From assembly GCA_013140775.1 (NCBI GenBank), contig JABFSA010000003.1, positions 12,704 to 76,703 on the forward strand: 64,000 bases of DNA, read 5' to 3'. Of the stretch, positions 1-11,363 are shown one piece after another. Position numbers and translations under genes: made by a program. The notes beneath the pieces were generated by a model, which did not search any database, was not told the origin of the DNA, and saw only the letters and a program-made list of their open reading frames with translations. How positions within the stretch are numbered: the first letter of the stretch is position 1; every line of letters starts with the position of its first letter. This stretch comes from Acidobacteriota bacterium (lineage in GTDB: Bacteria; Acidobacteriota; Vicinamibacteria; Vicinamibacterales; UBA2999).

Positions 1-2
1 CG

Positions 3-548
3 GCCGATGCCGGGGCGAGCTCCGCGCCTTCTTCGGGGGCTGTGTCAGCCGCGGCCCCACCGGGAGCGTCGGCGCAGCGCATCGTGTTCGACGCGCCGCC
101 AGGTGAGCTGGAGTTGCGCCTGTCGGTTGAAGAGGCCACGGGCGGCGTGCTCGACAGTGAGATTCGCCGGGTACAAATTCCGGATCTGACCTCACCTGAT
201 GCCGGCGTCAGTACTCCTCGTGTCTATCGCACGCGGACCGCGCGTGAATTTCAGGCGTTTGCTGCTGACGCTGCGGCTGTCCCGACCGTCGGGCGGGAGT
301 TTTCGCGGACCGAACGCCTGCTGATCCGGTTCGACGTGTATGGCAGCGCGACACCGACTGCCGTACTTCTCAATCGCGGCGGCCAGAAGATGGCCGACCT
401 GCCCGTCGCCCCGGCGACGGTAGGCGGAACGCATCAGATGGATGTTGGTCTGTCGTCGATTGCGGCAGGGGAGTATCTCGTCGAGATCACGCTCAAGGGA
501 GCGACCGGCGAGACGAAGGAGCTGATTCCCTTCCGCGTCGGCGCGTAG
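3..548 (+). CDS. C-terminal part of a larger protein, probably an acidobacterial VWA-domain (VWFA-related) protein; 5' end outside the window
   Basis: Frame is open from base 3 to TAG at 548. The C-terminal beta-rich tail (PTVGREFSRTERLLIRFDVY...LSSIAAGEYLVEIT) resembles tails of acidobacterial VWA proteins; the VWA domain itself is not visible. Confidence 0.55.
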   Translation, partial: ADAGASSAPSSGAVSAAAPPGASAQRIVFDAPPGELELRLSVEEATGGVLDSEIRRVQIPDLTSPDAGVSTPRVYRTRTAREFQAFAADAAAVPTVGREFSRTERLLIRFDVYGSATPTAVLLNRGGQKMADLPVAPATVGGTHQMDVGLSSIAAGEYLVEITLKGATGETKELIPFRVGA

Positions 549-1799
549 TTACGCGTACATCCCGCGCATCTTGGTCACGGTTCCCACGCGTGAGATCGCC
601 ACGATGTAGGCGGCCGTGCGCAGGTCCACCTTGTATTTCATCGACGTCTGCACCACGTCGTCGAACGCTTCGCACATCTTCCGCTCGAGCCGTTCGTTGA
701 CCTCGCGCTCCTCCCAGAAGTAGCCGTAGCGATCCTGTACCCACTCGAAGTACGACACCGTCACGCCACCAGAGTTCGCAAGAATGTCCGGGACAACCAG
801 CACGCCGCGCTCGTGGAGTATCTTGTGCGCGTCGGGCGTCGTGGGGCCGTTGGCTGCTTCGATGAGAATCTTTGCGCGGATGGATCCCGCGTTGTCTGCT
901 GTGACCTGATTCTCGAGCGCTGCTGGAATCAACACGTCCACATCCATCGCAAACAGGTCTTCGTTGGAGATGGAGTCGCCACCCGGGAATCCATCGATCG
1001 TCTTGTGCTGGCGCGCGTAGTCGAGCATCGCGGTGATGTCGAGCCCCTTGGCGTTGTAGACGCCGCCTTTCCAGTCTGTGATGGCGACGACGCGCGTGCC
1101 GGCACGGGCCAGGAGGTCAGCCGACACCGACCCGACGTTGCCGAAGCCTTGAATGGCGACCGTCGCGCCTTCGAAAGCGAGTCCAAGGTGCCTCGCTGCT
1201 TCGCGCGTCACGATCATCACGCCGCGGCCAGTGGCTTCGCGTCGCCCGAGCGATCCGCCCATTTCGACCGGCTTGCCTGTGACGACCGCCGTGGAGGTGT
1301 GGCCGACGTGCATGCTGTACGTGTCCATCACCCACGCCATCACCTGGGCGTCGGTGTTGACGTCCGGAGCCGGGACGTCTTTCTCGGGACCGATGGCGTC
1401 GATGATCTCGGCGACGTACCGTCGTGTCAGCGCTTCGAGCTCCCTGCGTGACATCCGGGTGGGATCGCAGACCACGCCGCCTTTGCCGCCGCCGAACGGA
1501 ATGTGCGCGATGGCGCACTTCCACGTCATCCACGCCGCGAGGGCGGTGACTTCGTCGAGCGACACGTCAGGGTGGTAGCGGATGCCACCCTTGGCCGGCC
1601 CAAGGGTGACGTTGTATTGCACGCGATACCCGGTGAAGACCTCGATCTCGCCGTTGTCCATCTGCACCGGACACGACACGACAATCTGTCGCTTAGGGTG
1701 CGTCAGGATTCTCCAGATGCCGGGATCGAGGTTGAGGATGCGGGCGGCGACGTCGAATTCCTGGAGCATCGCGCCGAAGATGCTGCCGTGCTCGGCCAT
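549..1799 (-). CDS. gdhA: Glu/Leu/Phe/Val dehydrogenase (glutamate dehydrogenase)
   Basis: [33 protein letters not shown] and EAANGPTT motifs. Start placed at ATG 1799 (MAEHGSIF). Confidence 0.93.
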   Translation of the reverse strand: MAEHGSIFGAMLQEFDVAARILNLDPGIWRILTHPKRQIVVSCPVQMDNGEIEVFTGYRVQYNVTLGPAKGGIRYHPDVSLDEVTALAAWMTWKCAIAHIPFGGGKGGVVCDPTRMSRRELEALTRRYVAEIIDAIGPEKDVPAPDVNTDAQVMAWVMDTYSMHVGHTSTAVVTGKPVEMGGSLGRREATGRGVMIVTREAARHLGLAFEGATVAIQGFGNVGSVSADLLARAGTRVVAITDWKGGVYNAKGLDITAMLDYARQHKTIDGFPGGDSISNEDLFAMDVDVLIPAALENQVTADNAGSIRAKILIEAANGPTTPDAHKILHERGVLVVPDILANSGGVTVSYFEWVQDRYGYFWEEREVNERLERKMCEAFDDVVQTSMKYKVDLRTAAYIVAISRVGTVTKMRGMYA

Positions 1800-1859
1800 A
1801 TGGCGTCTATTGTAGGCCCGCCGCAACGCGTCGCCTTCGGCCCAGCTAGAATTGACAAG

Positions 1860-3488
<1,629 letters not shown>

Positions 3489-3497
3489 ACGGATCAG

Positions 3498-3911
3498 ATG
3501 ATGAGTCCCAGGATTCGCGTCGTTATCGCCAAGCCCGGCCTCGATGGCCACGACCGCGGCGCGCGTGTGATTGCACGGGCGCTCCGCGATGCCGGGATGG
3601 AGGTCATCTACACGGGCCTTCGGCAGACACCGGAACAGATTGTGTCGGCGGCCCTTCAGGAAGATGCGGACGTCATCGGCCTCTCGATTCTGTCTGGCGC
3701 CCACATGCACATCTGCCCGCGTGTCATGGCGCTGCTGGCCGAACAGGGCCTTCACGACGTCCTCGTCGTCGTCGGCGGGATCATCCCCGACGTGGATATC
3801 CCCAAGCTGCGGGAGATTGGCGTGCGCGGTATCTTTTTGCCCGGAACCCCGATGCAGGAAATCGTGGACTTCATCAGAGAGCATGCGCGCACACGCGTGG
3901 GAGCCGCGTGA
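3498..3911 (+). CDS. Cobalamin-binding domain protein (methylmalonyl-CoA mutase C-terminal subunit)
   Basis: [11 protein letters not shown] (DxHxxG) and GLSILSGAH motifs; adjacent to the mutase N-terminal subunit. Confidence 0.93.
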   Translation: MMSPRIRVVIAKPGLDGHDRGARVIARALRDAGMEVIYTGLRQTPEQIVSAALQEDADVIGLSILSGAHMHICPRVMALLAEQGLHDVLVVVGGIIPDVDIPKLREIGVRGIFLPGTPMQEIVDFIREHARTRVGAA

Positions 3912-3913
3912 GT

Positions 3914-4303
3914 ATGGCCAATACACCGGATTCGAAACACGAGCCCTCGTCCAACTACCTCGATCGCTTCGACGCCGCATTTTCGGCGCTCGGCGCCTCG
4001 CCGCATCCGGTACGCGCCGAGGCTCCTGTAGATGTCGAGCACGGATCGACGGTGATCGCCGACACCTTTGCGGCGCTGCTGGCAATTGAGGAAGGGACGC
4101 CCGGTGCGAAGCCGGCGCGGCTGGTTCCCGCAGAGATCGAGCCACGGGTGACCGATGCGCTCGTCGAGGCGGTCACGAACCGCGTGGTCCAGCGCTTAGC
4201 GCCAGAAGTCGCCCGTGCCATGGTTGCGGATGTCGTCTCCGAGATCGCTGAGCGGCTCGTCAAAGAAGAAATCGCGCGGATTCGCAAGGGGCCGAATGCC
4301 TGA
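3914..4303 (+). CDS. Hypothetical protein with a RomR-like amphipathic C-terminal tail and no receiver domain
   Basis: ATG 3914 follows the previous stop and the stop overlaps the valS start. The tail VTNRVVQRLAPEV...VVSEIAERLVKEEIARIR resembles C-termini of RomR-type response regulators (recalled similarity). Confidence 0.55.
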   Translation: MANTPDSKHEPSSNYLDRFDAAFSALGASPHPVRAEAPVDVEHGSTVIADTFAALLAIEEGTPGAKPARLVPAEIEPRVTDALVEAVTNRVVQRLAPEVARAMVADVVSEIAERLVKEEIARIRKGPNA

Positions 4304-6878
4304 AGTGATCGACTATACCCATCCCATTACTCTGCCGGAGAAGCCGGCGCTCGAAGGGCTCGAAGCGAAATGGAACGCACGGTGGGAGGCTGAAGGCACC
4401 TACCGCTTCGATCGCACACGCGATCGCGGTGCCGTGTATTCGATCGACACTCCGCCGCCCACGGTGAGCGGCTCGCTGCACGTCGGCCACACGTTTTCGT
4501 ACACGCACACCGACGTCATCGCGCGGTTTCAGCGCATGCGTGGCAAGGCCGTGTTCTACCCGATGGGGTGGGACGACAACGGTCTCCCCACCGAGAGGCG
4601 CGTCCAGAACTACTACGGCGTGCGGTGTGACCCCTCGCTGCCGTACGACCCGACCTTTCAGCCGCCTGAGACTCCAGGCAAACAAGCGATTTCTATTTCG
4701 CGTCCCAACTTCATCGAGCTCTGCAACCGACTGACCGCCGAAGACGAGAAGACGTTCGAGCGACTGTGGCGATACCTGGGTCTGTCAGTGGACTGGTCGA
4801 TGACGTACGCGACGATCGACCGTCGCGCTCAGCGAGTGTCGCAGGCGTCGTTCCTCAAGCTGTTGCAGTGCGATGCCGCCTACCAGCTCGAGGCGCCAAC
4901 ACTCTGGGATGTGGATTTCCGCACGGCAGTCGCCCAGGCCGAGCTCGAGGATCGCGAACAGCCCGGCGCATACCACCGGATTCGCTTTGGGCGAGCGGAT
5001 TCCTCCGGGACGTTTGTCGAGATCGAAACCACACGCCCTGAGCTGATTCCAGCCTGCGTGGCTCTCGTGGCGCATCCGGACGACGAGCGATACAAGCCGT
5101 TGTTCGGCACTCACGTCACGACGCCCCTCTTTGGCGTGTCGGTACCAGTTCGCGCACACACACTCGCCGACCCTGCCAAGGGCAGTGGGATCGCCATGAT
5201 TTGCACCTTTGGCGACATCACCGACGTGACCTGGTGGCGGGAGTTGACGCTGCCGGTCCGCGCTGTGATCACGGCCAATGGCACCCTTGGTCCTGTCACG
5301 TGGGGCGCCCAGGGATGGGAATCGCGCGATGTCGCGGGCGCCCAACAGACCTACGACCAGCTGGCCGGACTCTCAGCCGCGAAGGCTCGAGCCCGTATCG
5401 TCGAGCTGTTGCGTGAATCGGCCGACTTGATTGGCGAACCACGACCCATCACCCATCAGGTCAAGTTCTTCGAAAAGGGTGACCGGCCACTCGAAATCAT
5501 CACGAGTCGCCAGTGGTTCATCAGGACGATGCCGCACCGCGAAGAGCTGATCGCACGTGGCCGGGAGCTCAAGTGGCACCCGGAGTACATGCGTCATCGG
5601 TACGAGAACTGGGTGAACGGCCTTGTGGGCGACTGGTGCATCAGCCGTCAGCGTTTTTTTGGCGTGCCCTTTCCAGTGTGGTACCCGCTTCGTGCCGATG
5701 GCGCAGTGGATTACGGCCATCCGTTGGTGCCGGACGAGTCGCGATTGCCGGTGGACCCATCCACGGACGTCCCGTCTGGGTTCGACGAGTCTCAGCGGGG
5801 AAAGCCCGGAGGCTTCGTCGCCGATCCAGACGTGATGGACACGTGGGCCACCTCGTCGGTGACTCCGCAGATCGCGGGCGGTTGGGCTGACGACGCCGAT
5901 CTCTTTGCGCGTGTGTTCCCGATGGATCTCCGTCCGCAGGGACACGACATCATCCGCACATGGCTGTTCACGACCGTCCTCCGTTCGCAGCTCGAGCACG
6001 GCACGCTGCCGTGGGCGAACGCGTCGATCTCCGGGTTCGTGCTCGACCCGGACCGCAAGAAGATGTCGAAGTCCAAGGGGAACGCGGTCACGCCCATGGC
6101 CATGCTCGAGCAATGCGGGTCCGACGGCGTGCGGTACTGGGCGGCCAGCGTGCGGCCTGGTGGCGATCCGGCGTTCGACCCCAAGGATCCCGGGCAGATG
6201 AAGGTCGGCCGCCGCCTCGCGATGAAGATTCTGAATGCCGCGAGGTTTGCGTTGCTGCAGTCGGATCCACGTGGGCCGATCACCGAGCCTCTCGATCGAG
6301 GCATGCTCACCAGTTTGTCGGTGCTCGTCGCGGAGTCCACGGAGCAGCTTGAAGCGTACGACTACGCACGCGTGCTCGAACGGTGCGAGCGATTCTTCTG
6401 GTCGTTCTGCGACGACTACCTCGAGCTGGTGAAGGCTCGGCGGTATGGTGACTTCACGCCCGAGGGGGCGGCGTCGGCGAACAGCGCCATGCTGGTGGCG
6501 CTTTCGACCATGCTGCGGTTGTTCGCGCCCTATCTGCCATTCGTCACCGAAGAGGTCTGGTCCTGGTGGCGCCCTGGCTCGGTGCATCGCTCGTCCTGGC
6601 CAACCCGTGAGGAAGTCGTGGCGTCAATAGGTGGCCCGGATGCGGCTGCGGTCAACGTGTCAGTCCAGTGCGAGCTCGCGTTGGCTGAGGTAAGGCGTGT
6701 GAAGGCGCTGCACAAGAAGCCGTCGAAGGCGCTCATCGAGCGCGCGGTGTTGCCTGCGGCGCTCGAGCCGCTCGGGCCTGCAGCGCAAGACTTCAAGGCC
6801 GCGATGCACATCTCGTCGCTCAGCTTTTCTGACGTGACAGAAGCCAGCCTCACCTTCGCGGAGGTGACCCCGGAGTGA
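4296..6878 (+). CDS. valS: Valine--tRNA ligase (short type lacking the C-terminal coiled-coil arm)
   Basis: IDTPPPTVSGSLHVGH (HIGH), MGWDDNGLPTE, DWCISRQR and KKMSKS motifs. Confidence 0.95.
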   Translation: MPEVIDYTHPITLPEKPALEGLEAKWNARWEAEGTYRFDRTRDRGAVYSIDTPPPTVSGSLHVGHTFSYTHTDVIARFQRMRGKAVFYPMGWDDNGLPTERRVQNYYGVRCDPSLPYDPTFQPPETPGKQAISISRPNFIELCNRLTAEDEKTFERLWRYLGLSVDWSMTYATIDRRAQRVSQASFLKLLQCDAAYQLEAPTLWDVDFRTAVAQAELEDREQPGAYHRIRFGRADSSGTFVEIETTRPELIPACVALVAHPDDERYKPLFGTHVTTPLFGVSVPVRAHTLADPAKGSGIAMICTFGDITDVTWWRELTLPVRAVITANGTLGPVTWGAQGWESRDVAGAQQTYDQLAGLSAAKARARIVELLRESADLIGEPRPITHQVKFFEKGDRPLEIITSRQWFIRTMPHREELIARGRELKWHPEYMRHRYENWVNGLVGDWCISRQRFFGVPFPVWYPLRADGAVDYGHPLVPDESRLPVDPSTDVPSGFDESQRGKPGGFVADPDVMDTWATSSVTPQIAGGWADDADLFARVFPMDLRPQGHDIIRTWLFTTVLRSQLEHGTLPWANASISGFVLDPDRKKMSKSKGNAVTPMAMLEQCGSDGVRYWAASVRPGGDPAFDPKDPGQMKVGRRLAMKILNAARFALLQSDPRGPITEPLDRGMLTSLSVLVAESTEQLEAYDYARVLERCERFFWSFCDDYLELVKARRYGDFTPEGAASANSAMLVALSTMLRLFAPYLPFVTEEVWSWWRPGSVHRSSWPTREEVVASIGGPDAAAVNVSVQCELALAEVRRVKALHKKPSKALIERAVLPAALEPLGPAAQDFKAAMHISSLSFSDVTEASLTFAEVTPE

Positions 6879-7729
6879 AGGCTGTTCCATTCGAGCCGCT
6901 TTCCCCGGACGTCTACCGGGAACTCGTCCGTCTGGCGCTGGCCGAGGACATCGGATACGGCGATGTGACGACGGATGCGGTCATCAACCAGTCGCAGCGG
7001 GCGCGTGGTGTGCTGCTGGCCAAGTCGCCGTGCGTCATTGCCGGTCTCGACATTGCGTCAGAGGTCTTTCGACAACTCGATCCTGCCGTTACGGTCGCCG
7101 TTCGGCATCCCGATGGATCACGATGTGAGCCTGGCACCGTCGTCGCCGAATACCAGGGCTCGGCCGCGGCGCTGCTCACAGCCGAACGCACTGCGCTGAA
7201 CTTTCTGCAGCGACTGTCCGGCACCGCCACCTTGACACGTCAGTTCGTTGAGGCGGCGGGTGAGCAGATCACTGTTCTCGATACGCGCAAAACGACGCCG
7301 TTGTTGCGGACCCTCGAAAAATACGCCGTCCGCGCCGGCGGTGGCGTGAACCATCGGAGGGGACTCGACACCGCAGTTCTGATCAAAGACAACCATGTGC
7401 GGTTGGGTGGTGGCGTGCAGCAAGTTGTCGAGCGCATGCGCCGCGCGAGGCCAGACATGCCGATTGAGGTCGAGGCGCAGAGCCTGACCGAGGTGGATGA
7501 AGCGCTGCGCATCGGTGCGGACATTGTGTTGCTGGACAACCTGTCAGCGCCGGACATCGTTGAGGCCGTGACGCGTTGTCGAGGCCGGGCGAAGACCGAG
7601 ATCTCCGGAGGTGTGACGCTGTCGCGCCTGCCCGAACTGGCGGCAACCGGTGCCAACTACGTGTCGGTCGGGGCCTTGACGCACTCGGCTGCGGCCGTAG
7701 ATTTGAGTCTGGAAATAGAACCGCTGTAA
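6875..7729 (+). CDS. nadC: Nicotinate-nucleotide pyrophosphorylase (carboxylating)
   Basis: LAEDIGYGDVTT, ERTALNFLQRLSG, DTRKTTP, LIKDNH and EISGG motifs. Confidence 0.95.
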   Translation: MKAVPFEPLSPDVYRELVRLALAEDIGYGDVTTDAVINQSQRARGVLLAKSPCVIAGLDIASEVFRQLDPAVTVAVRHPDGSRCEPGTVVAEYQGSAAALLTAERTALNFLQRLSGTATLTRQFVEAAGEQITVLDTRKTTPLLRTLEKYAVRAGGGVNHRRGLDTAVLIKDNHVRLGGGVQQVVERMRRARPDMPIEVEAQSLTEVDEALRIGADIVLLDNLSAPDIVEAVTRCRGRAKTEISGGVTLSRLPELAATGANYVSVGALTHSAAAVDLSLEIEPL

Positions 7730-8514
7730 TGCGGGAGCCCCTCCCGCGTGAGTTCGTGGAGGCACTGGCCGCGGCGTCCGGGCGGCTTGGGATCTTCACT
7801 CGCGAGATCCTCTGGTATCCCGTCGTCTCTTCGACGAACGACGTCGCAGGCATGCTTGCGGATCGCGAAGCGCCGGAAGGAACGGTTGTTGTCGCGAATG
7901 CGCAATCAGCGGGACGCGGACGGCATGGCCGCGTCTGGGCCTCTCCGCCGGGTGCGGGACTGTATGTCTCGGCGATCTTCCGTCCGAAGAGGGACGTTCC
8001 CCTGCTAACGATCGCCGCGGGCGTCGCCATAGCGGAAGGCATCCAATCGGCGACCGGCCTGGCTGTGGATCTGAAGTGGCCCAATGATGCGTTCGTGCAC
8101 GGACGCAAGGTGGCAGGCATTCTGGCCGAAGCCAACAGTTCCGCGACTGGTCCGTATGTGATCCTGGGATGCGGTATCAACATCATGCCGGCGGCGTATC
8201 CGCCGGAAGTTGCCGTGCGGGCGACGAGCCTCGAAGGCGAGTTGAGCCGGGCGGTCGATCGGGGTCTGCTGTTCGTGGAATGTCTCGCGAGTGTGTCGAA
8301 GTGGTACGAAGATCTGCAGCGCGGCCGGCTGGCGCAAGTCGTCGAAGCGTGGCGGCTTCGAGCCACGGCGACGATCGGGCGGCGAGTGCGCGGTGACGTC
8401 GGCGGGACTACCGTGGACGGCGTGGTGGAGACTCTGGACGACACTGGTGCGCTTGTGGTGCGCACGAGGACTGGATTGGCGCGCGTGACGGCTGGCGAAC
8501 TGACGTGGGTATGA
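7729..8514 (+). CDS. birA: Biotin--[acetyl-CoA carboxylase] ligase (no HTH domain)
   Basis: SSTND, QSAGRGRHGRVW, LKWPND and KVAGILAE motifs. TAATG overlap with nadC. Confidence 0.92.
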   Translation: MREPLPREFVEALAAASGRLGIFTREILWYPVVSSTNDVAGMLADREAPEGTVVVANAQSAGRGRHGRVWASPPGAGLYVSAIFRPKRDVPLLTIAAGVAIAEGIQSATGLAVDLKWPNDAFVHGRKVAGILAEANSSATGPYVILGCGINIMPAAYPPEVAVRATSLEGELSRAVDRGLLFVECLASVSKWYEDLQRGRLAQVVEAWRLRATATIGRRVRGDVGGTTVDGVVETLDDTGALVVRTRTGLARVTAGELTWV

Positions 8515-9248
8515 CTGATTCTGCCGAACGAGTGAGCGTTGACCCGGCATTGTATTGCCGTGAGGTCGAGGCGTATCTCTGTCGCAAGAACGATGGGCAT
8601 CTCGTCCGGATCGTCGGGCCTGCCTTCGACCAGGTGAGTGGATGGGCGGTACGCGGAGTGCCGATCCGGGTCGTGTGTCGCGGCATTGACCGGTATTTCG
8701 AGCGCTACTATGCGAAAGGGCCGCGGCGCAGGCCTGCGCGGATCGAGTTCTGTGAAGCGGATGTCCTCGATCTCTTCGACGAGTGGAAACGCGCGGTGGG
8801 TGTCGGCAGAGCCGTGAGTTCGTCCGAGGATCCGTCCCAGGGCGATGACACCGAAGTCTCGAGGAAGCGCGGAACGCTCGCAGCACATCTGGAGCGCGTA
8901 GTGGCCAGGCTCACGACGCTTCGAGCAGGAGAGACCCGCGCGATGGACGCCGTCCTGGATCGTCTGGTTCGCGAACTGGACGCGGCACGCTCGGGCGCGA
9001 AAGGCCTTCGAGGAGAGGCTCGAGAGCAATTGCTTGCCCGTTTGCGTGCCCTCGAAACAGATCTGGTGCAGGCGGCGCGTGACAGTTGCGAAGGGACAAT
9101 TCTGCAGAGCCTTGGTGCTGAGGCCGACCGGCAACTCGCGCCGTTTCGCAACCGGATGCCGGAGGCTGCCTACGAACAGGCCCGTCGGGCATGCGTCGAT
9201 CGGCTGTTGAGAGATCAGTTGAAGTTGCCTGCTGTCGCGTTCGAGTGA
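8505..9248 (+). CDS. Conserved hypothetical protein; N-terminal helical domain possibly DnaD-like
   Basis: 247-aa ORF in an operon with birA. The pattern GWAVRGVPIRVVCRGID...FCEADV...EW is reminiscent of DnaD/DnaB_2 domains (inference). Confidence 0.6.
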   Translation: MGMTDSAERVSVDPALYCREVEAYLCRKNDGHLVRIVGPAFDQVSGWAVRGVPIRVVCRGIDRYFERYYAKGPRRRPARIEFCEADVLDLFDEWKRAVGVGRAVSSSEDPSQGDDTEVSRKRGTLAAHLERVVARLTTLRAGETRAMDAVLDRLVRELDAARSGAKGLRGEAREQLLARLRALETDLVQAARDSCEGTILQSLGAEADRQLAPFRNRMPEAAYEQARRACVDRLLRDQLKLPAVAFE

Positions 9249-9279
9249 GCAGGGCTCGGCAGCGCACGGAATCCACCCC

Positions 9280-10560
9280 ATGTCAGTGCACGTTGGCTCA
9301 GAGATCACCCTCGACATAGAAAAGCCGGCCGCGGGTGGCCGCATGCTGGCCCGTTTCAACGGGCAGGTTGTCCTCGTGTGGGGCGCCATTCCTGGTGAAC
9401 GCGTCCGTGCGCGCGTCGAGCGAGTGGGGAAAGGCGTGCTCTTCGCGGAGTCCATCGACATCGTCGTGCCTTCACCCGATCGTCGCGATGCCGAGAGCGA
9501 TTGGCGGTGTGGGGGCAGTGTCTTCGGGCATGTGGCGTACGACCGTCAGGTGCGCCTCAAGGCAGAAATCATTCGCGATACGTTGGGCCGCATTGGGCAC
9601 GTGCCGCTGGCGAGCGCTCCTGACGTGCTGCGGTCTCCGGAGCGCGGGTACCGGATGCGCGCACGTCTGCATGCGAACGGCGGTCGTCTTGGGTTCTACC
9701 GGGAGGGCTCGCACGAGTTGTGCGATCCCGCTTCGACGGGACAACTCCACGAGCGAACGCTCGACTGGATTGCCTCGGCGGAGCGGCTCATCGCGCGCCA
9801 TGGTCTCAGCGGGCTCGCCGGAGTCGAGATTGCTGAAAACGTGTCCGGCGAGGAGCGAGCTTGTCACCTGGAGCTGCAAGGCGGCGTGGAGCCCGACGCG
9901 TTCGTGGTTCTGGCAGAGGCGGGTCCTGTCACGGGAATATCCGCTTCTTACGTGGATCGCGACGTTGCAGAGCGCGTGACAGGAACCCCGTCAGTCACCG
10001 ACCGTCTCCGGCTCGGTGAAGCAGACGGTGCGCTCGTAACGTTGCAACGCGACGTCCGCGCGTTCTTCCAGGCCAACCGCTTTCTGCTGGACCCGCTGGT
10101 CCGTCATGTCGTCTCTCTTGTGTCCGAGGGGCCGGTCGTCGATTTGTATGCCGGTGTGGGACTTTTCGGACTGTCGGTTGCGGCGATGGGTATCGAGGAC
10201 ATCACGCTCGTCGAGGGCGATCCCGTGAGCGGAGCGGATCTGAAGATCAACGCGCAAGCATGTGGTTCGCGTGTCCATGTGAAACGGAGCAGTGTCGAGG
10301 ACTTTCTCCAGAAGGCTCGTCACGCGGCAGCGGTGATCGTGGATCCTCCCAGGACCGGTTTGTCGAAGGAGGCCCTCCAGAGGCTGGTGCGTCTGAACCC
10401 CGGGCGCATCGTGTACGTGTCGTGCGACATCGCGACCTTCGCACGAGACACCAGAGGGTTGCTTGATGCCGGCTATGACCTCGCGGGCATCACAGGGTTC
10501 GATCTGTTCCCTGGAACGGCGCACGTCGAAACGGTCGCGTCCTTTGCAAGGCGCGGCTGA
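9280..10560 (+). CDS. TRAM-domain RNA (uracil-C5)-methyltransferase, RlmD/TrmA family
   Basis: N-terminal TRAM domain (GGRMLAR...GAIPGERV), FFQANR, DLYAGVGLF, VDPPRTG, YVSCD and DLFPGTAHVE motifs. Confidence 0.9.
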   Translation: MSVHVGSEITLDIEKPAAGGRMLARFNGQVVLVWGAIPGERVRARVERVGKGVLFAESIDIVVPSPDRRDAESDWRCGGSVFGHVAYDRQVRLKAEIIRDTLGRIGHVPLASAPDVLRSPERGYRMRARLHANGGRLGFYREGSHELCDPASTGQLHERTLDWIASAERLIARHGLSGLAGVEIAENVSGEERACHLELQGGVEPDAFVVLAEAGPVTGISASYVDRDVAERVTGTPSVTDRLRLGEADGALVTLQRDVRAFFQANRFLLDPLVRHVVSLVSEGPVVDLYAGVGLFGLSVAAMGIEDITLVEGDPVSGADLKINAQACGSRVHVKRSSVEDFLQKARHAAAVIVDPPRTGLSKEALQRLVRLNPGRIVYVSCDIATFARDTRGLLDAGYDLAGITGFDLFPGTAHVETVASFARRG

Positions 10561-10637
10561 AGCCGCGCACTACGACTGAAACGTACGAAACCGCGCACGA
10601 CGACTGAAACGTACGTAGTGCGCGGCTTCAGCCGCGC
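10551..10637. repeat. Inverted REP doublet (REPIN/BIME-like, GTAG type) containing an internal 25-bp direct duplication
   Basis: Perfect 20-bp inverted repeat GGCTGAAGCCGCGCACTACG (10555-10574) / CGTAGTGCGCGGCTTCAGCC (10614-10633). Each end is its own hairpin GCGCGGCT-NN-AGCCGCGC. Internal near-duplicate CCGCGCAC(T/G)ACGACTGAAACGTACG at 10563 and 10591. Lies between convergent genes. Confidence 0.8.
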
Positions 10638-10639
10638 CT

Positions 10640-11341
10640 TCAGCGGAGTTGTGAGGCCCGCACGAACGCTTCGAAGAGAGGCAGGAACTCGCCGGTGCGA
10701 TGGAAACTTTCGGGATGCCACTGCACGCCCACGCAGAAACGCCGCGCTGGATCCTCTACCGCTTCGACGACGGCATCAGGTGCAACCGCGGTGACTCTCA
10801 GCCCCGGTGCAAGGACATCCACCGCCTGGTGATGGCGCGAGTTGACGTCGGTGATCCTCGCGTCCGTGAGACGACTGCCGAGGATTGTGCTGAGCAAGGA
10901 GTCAGGTGCCACCTCGATCGTGTGGGCGAGCTTGTCAGCCGGATGTTCCGTGGTCGGAAACTGGTGCCGTGTGCCCGACGGTCGCTCAGTTGGCAGATCC
11001 TGCACCAGGGTGCCGCCCCGCGCGACATTCAGCACCTGAATCCCACGACAGATCGCCAGGATCGGAAGATCAGCTTCGAGCGCGCGCGCGACGAGTTCGA
11101 TTTCGTACTCGTCACGACCCGTCTCCTCCGCTTCGAATGCGGGGTGAGCCGCGGCGCCATACAAGGCAGGCCGGACATCGTCACCGCCCGTGAGAAGAAT
11201 GCCCGCGGCTTGGCGTACGACGGTCTCGGCATCGTGTGTCGTTCGATCGACCACGAGGGGTTCACCGCCGGCGAGGCGTACGGACTCGACGTAGTCCTGC
11301 GTCCTGCCACACCTGGCGATGGCGATGAGGGGGATTGGCAT
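10640..11341 (-). CDS. Gamma-glutamyl-gamma-aminobutyrate hydrolase family (peptidase C26, class I glutamine amidotransferase-like)
   Basis: GILLTGGDDV, PILAICRGIQVLNVARGGTL, VNSRHHQAV and GVQWHPE motifs. Confidence 0.9.
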   Translation of the reverse strand: MPIPLIAIARCGRTQDYVESVRLAGGEPLVVDRTTHDAETVVRQAAGILLTGGDDVRPALYGAAAHPAFEAEETGRDEYEIELVARALEADLPILAICRGIQVLNVARGGTLVQDLPTERPSGTRHQFPTTEHPADKLAHTIEVAPDSLLSTILGSRLTDARITDVNSRHHQAVDVLAPGLRVTAVAPDAVVEAVEDPARRFCVGVQWHPESFHRTGEFLPLFEAFVRASQLR

Positions 11342-11363
11342 ATTTCGTAAGGTGTAGGACTGG

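Noticed and set aside
7383-9461. 692-aa minus-strand ORF (likewise 18325-19794, 16954-17925, 48990-50285, 60929-62833 and other long antisense ORFs)
   Set aside because: Shadow ORFs opposite well-supported genes in high-GC DNA; no recognisable motifs.
10563-10615. 25-bp direct repeat resembling a mini-CRISPR
   Set aside because: Only two copies, 3 nt apart, no spacer-length gap and no cas genes; explained by the REP doublet.
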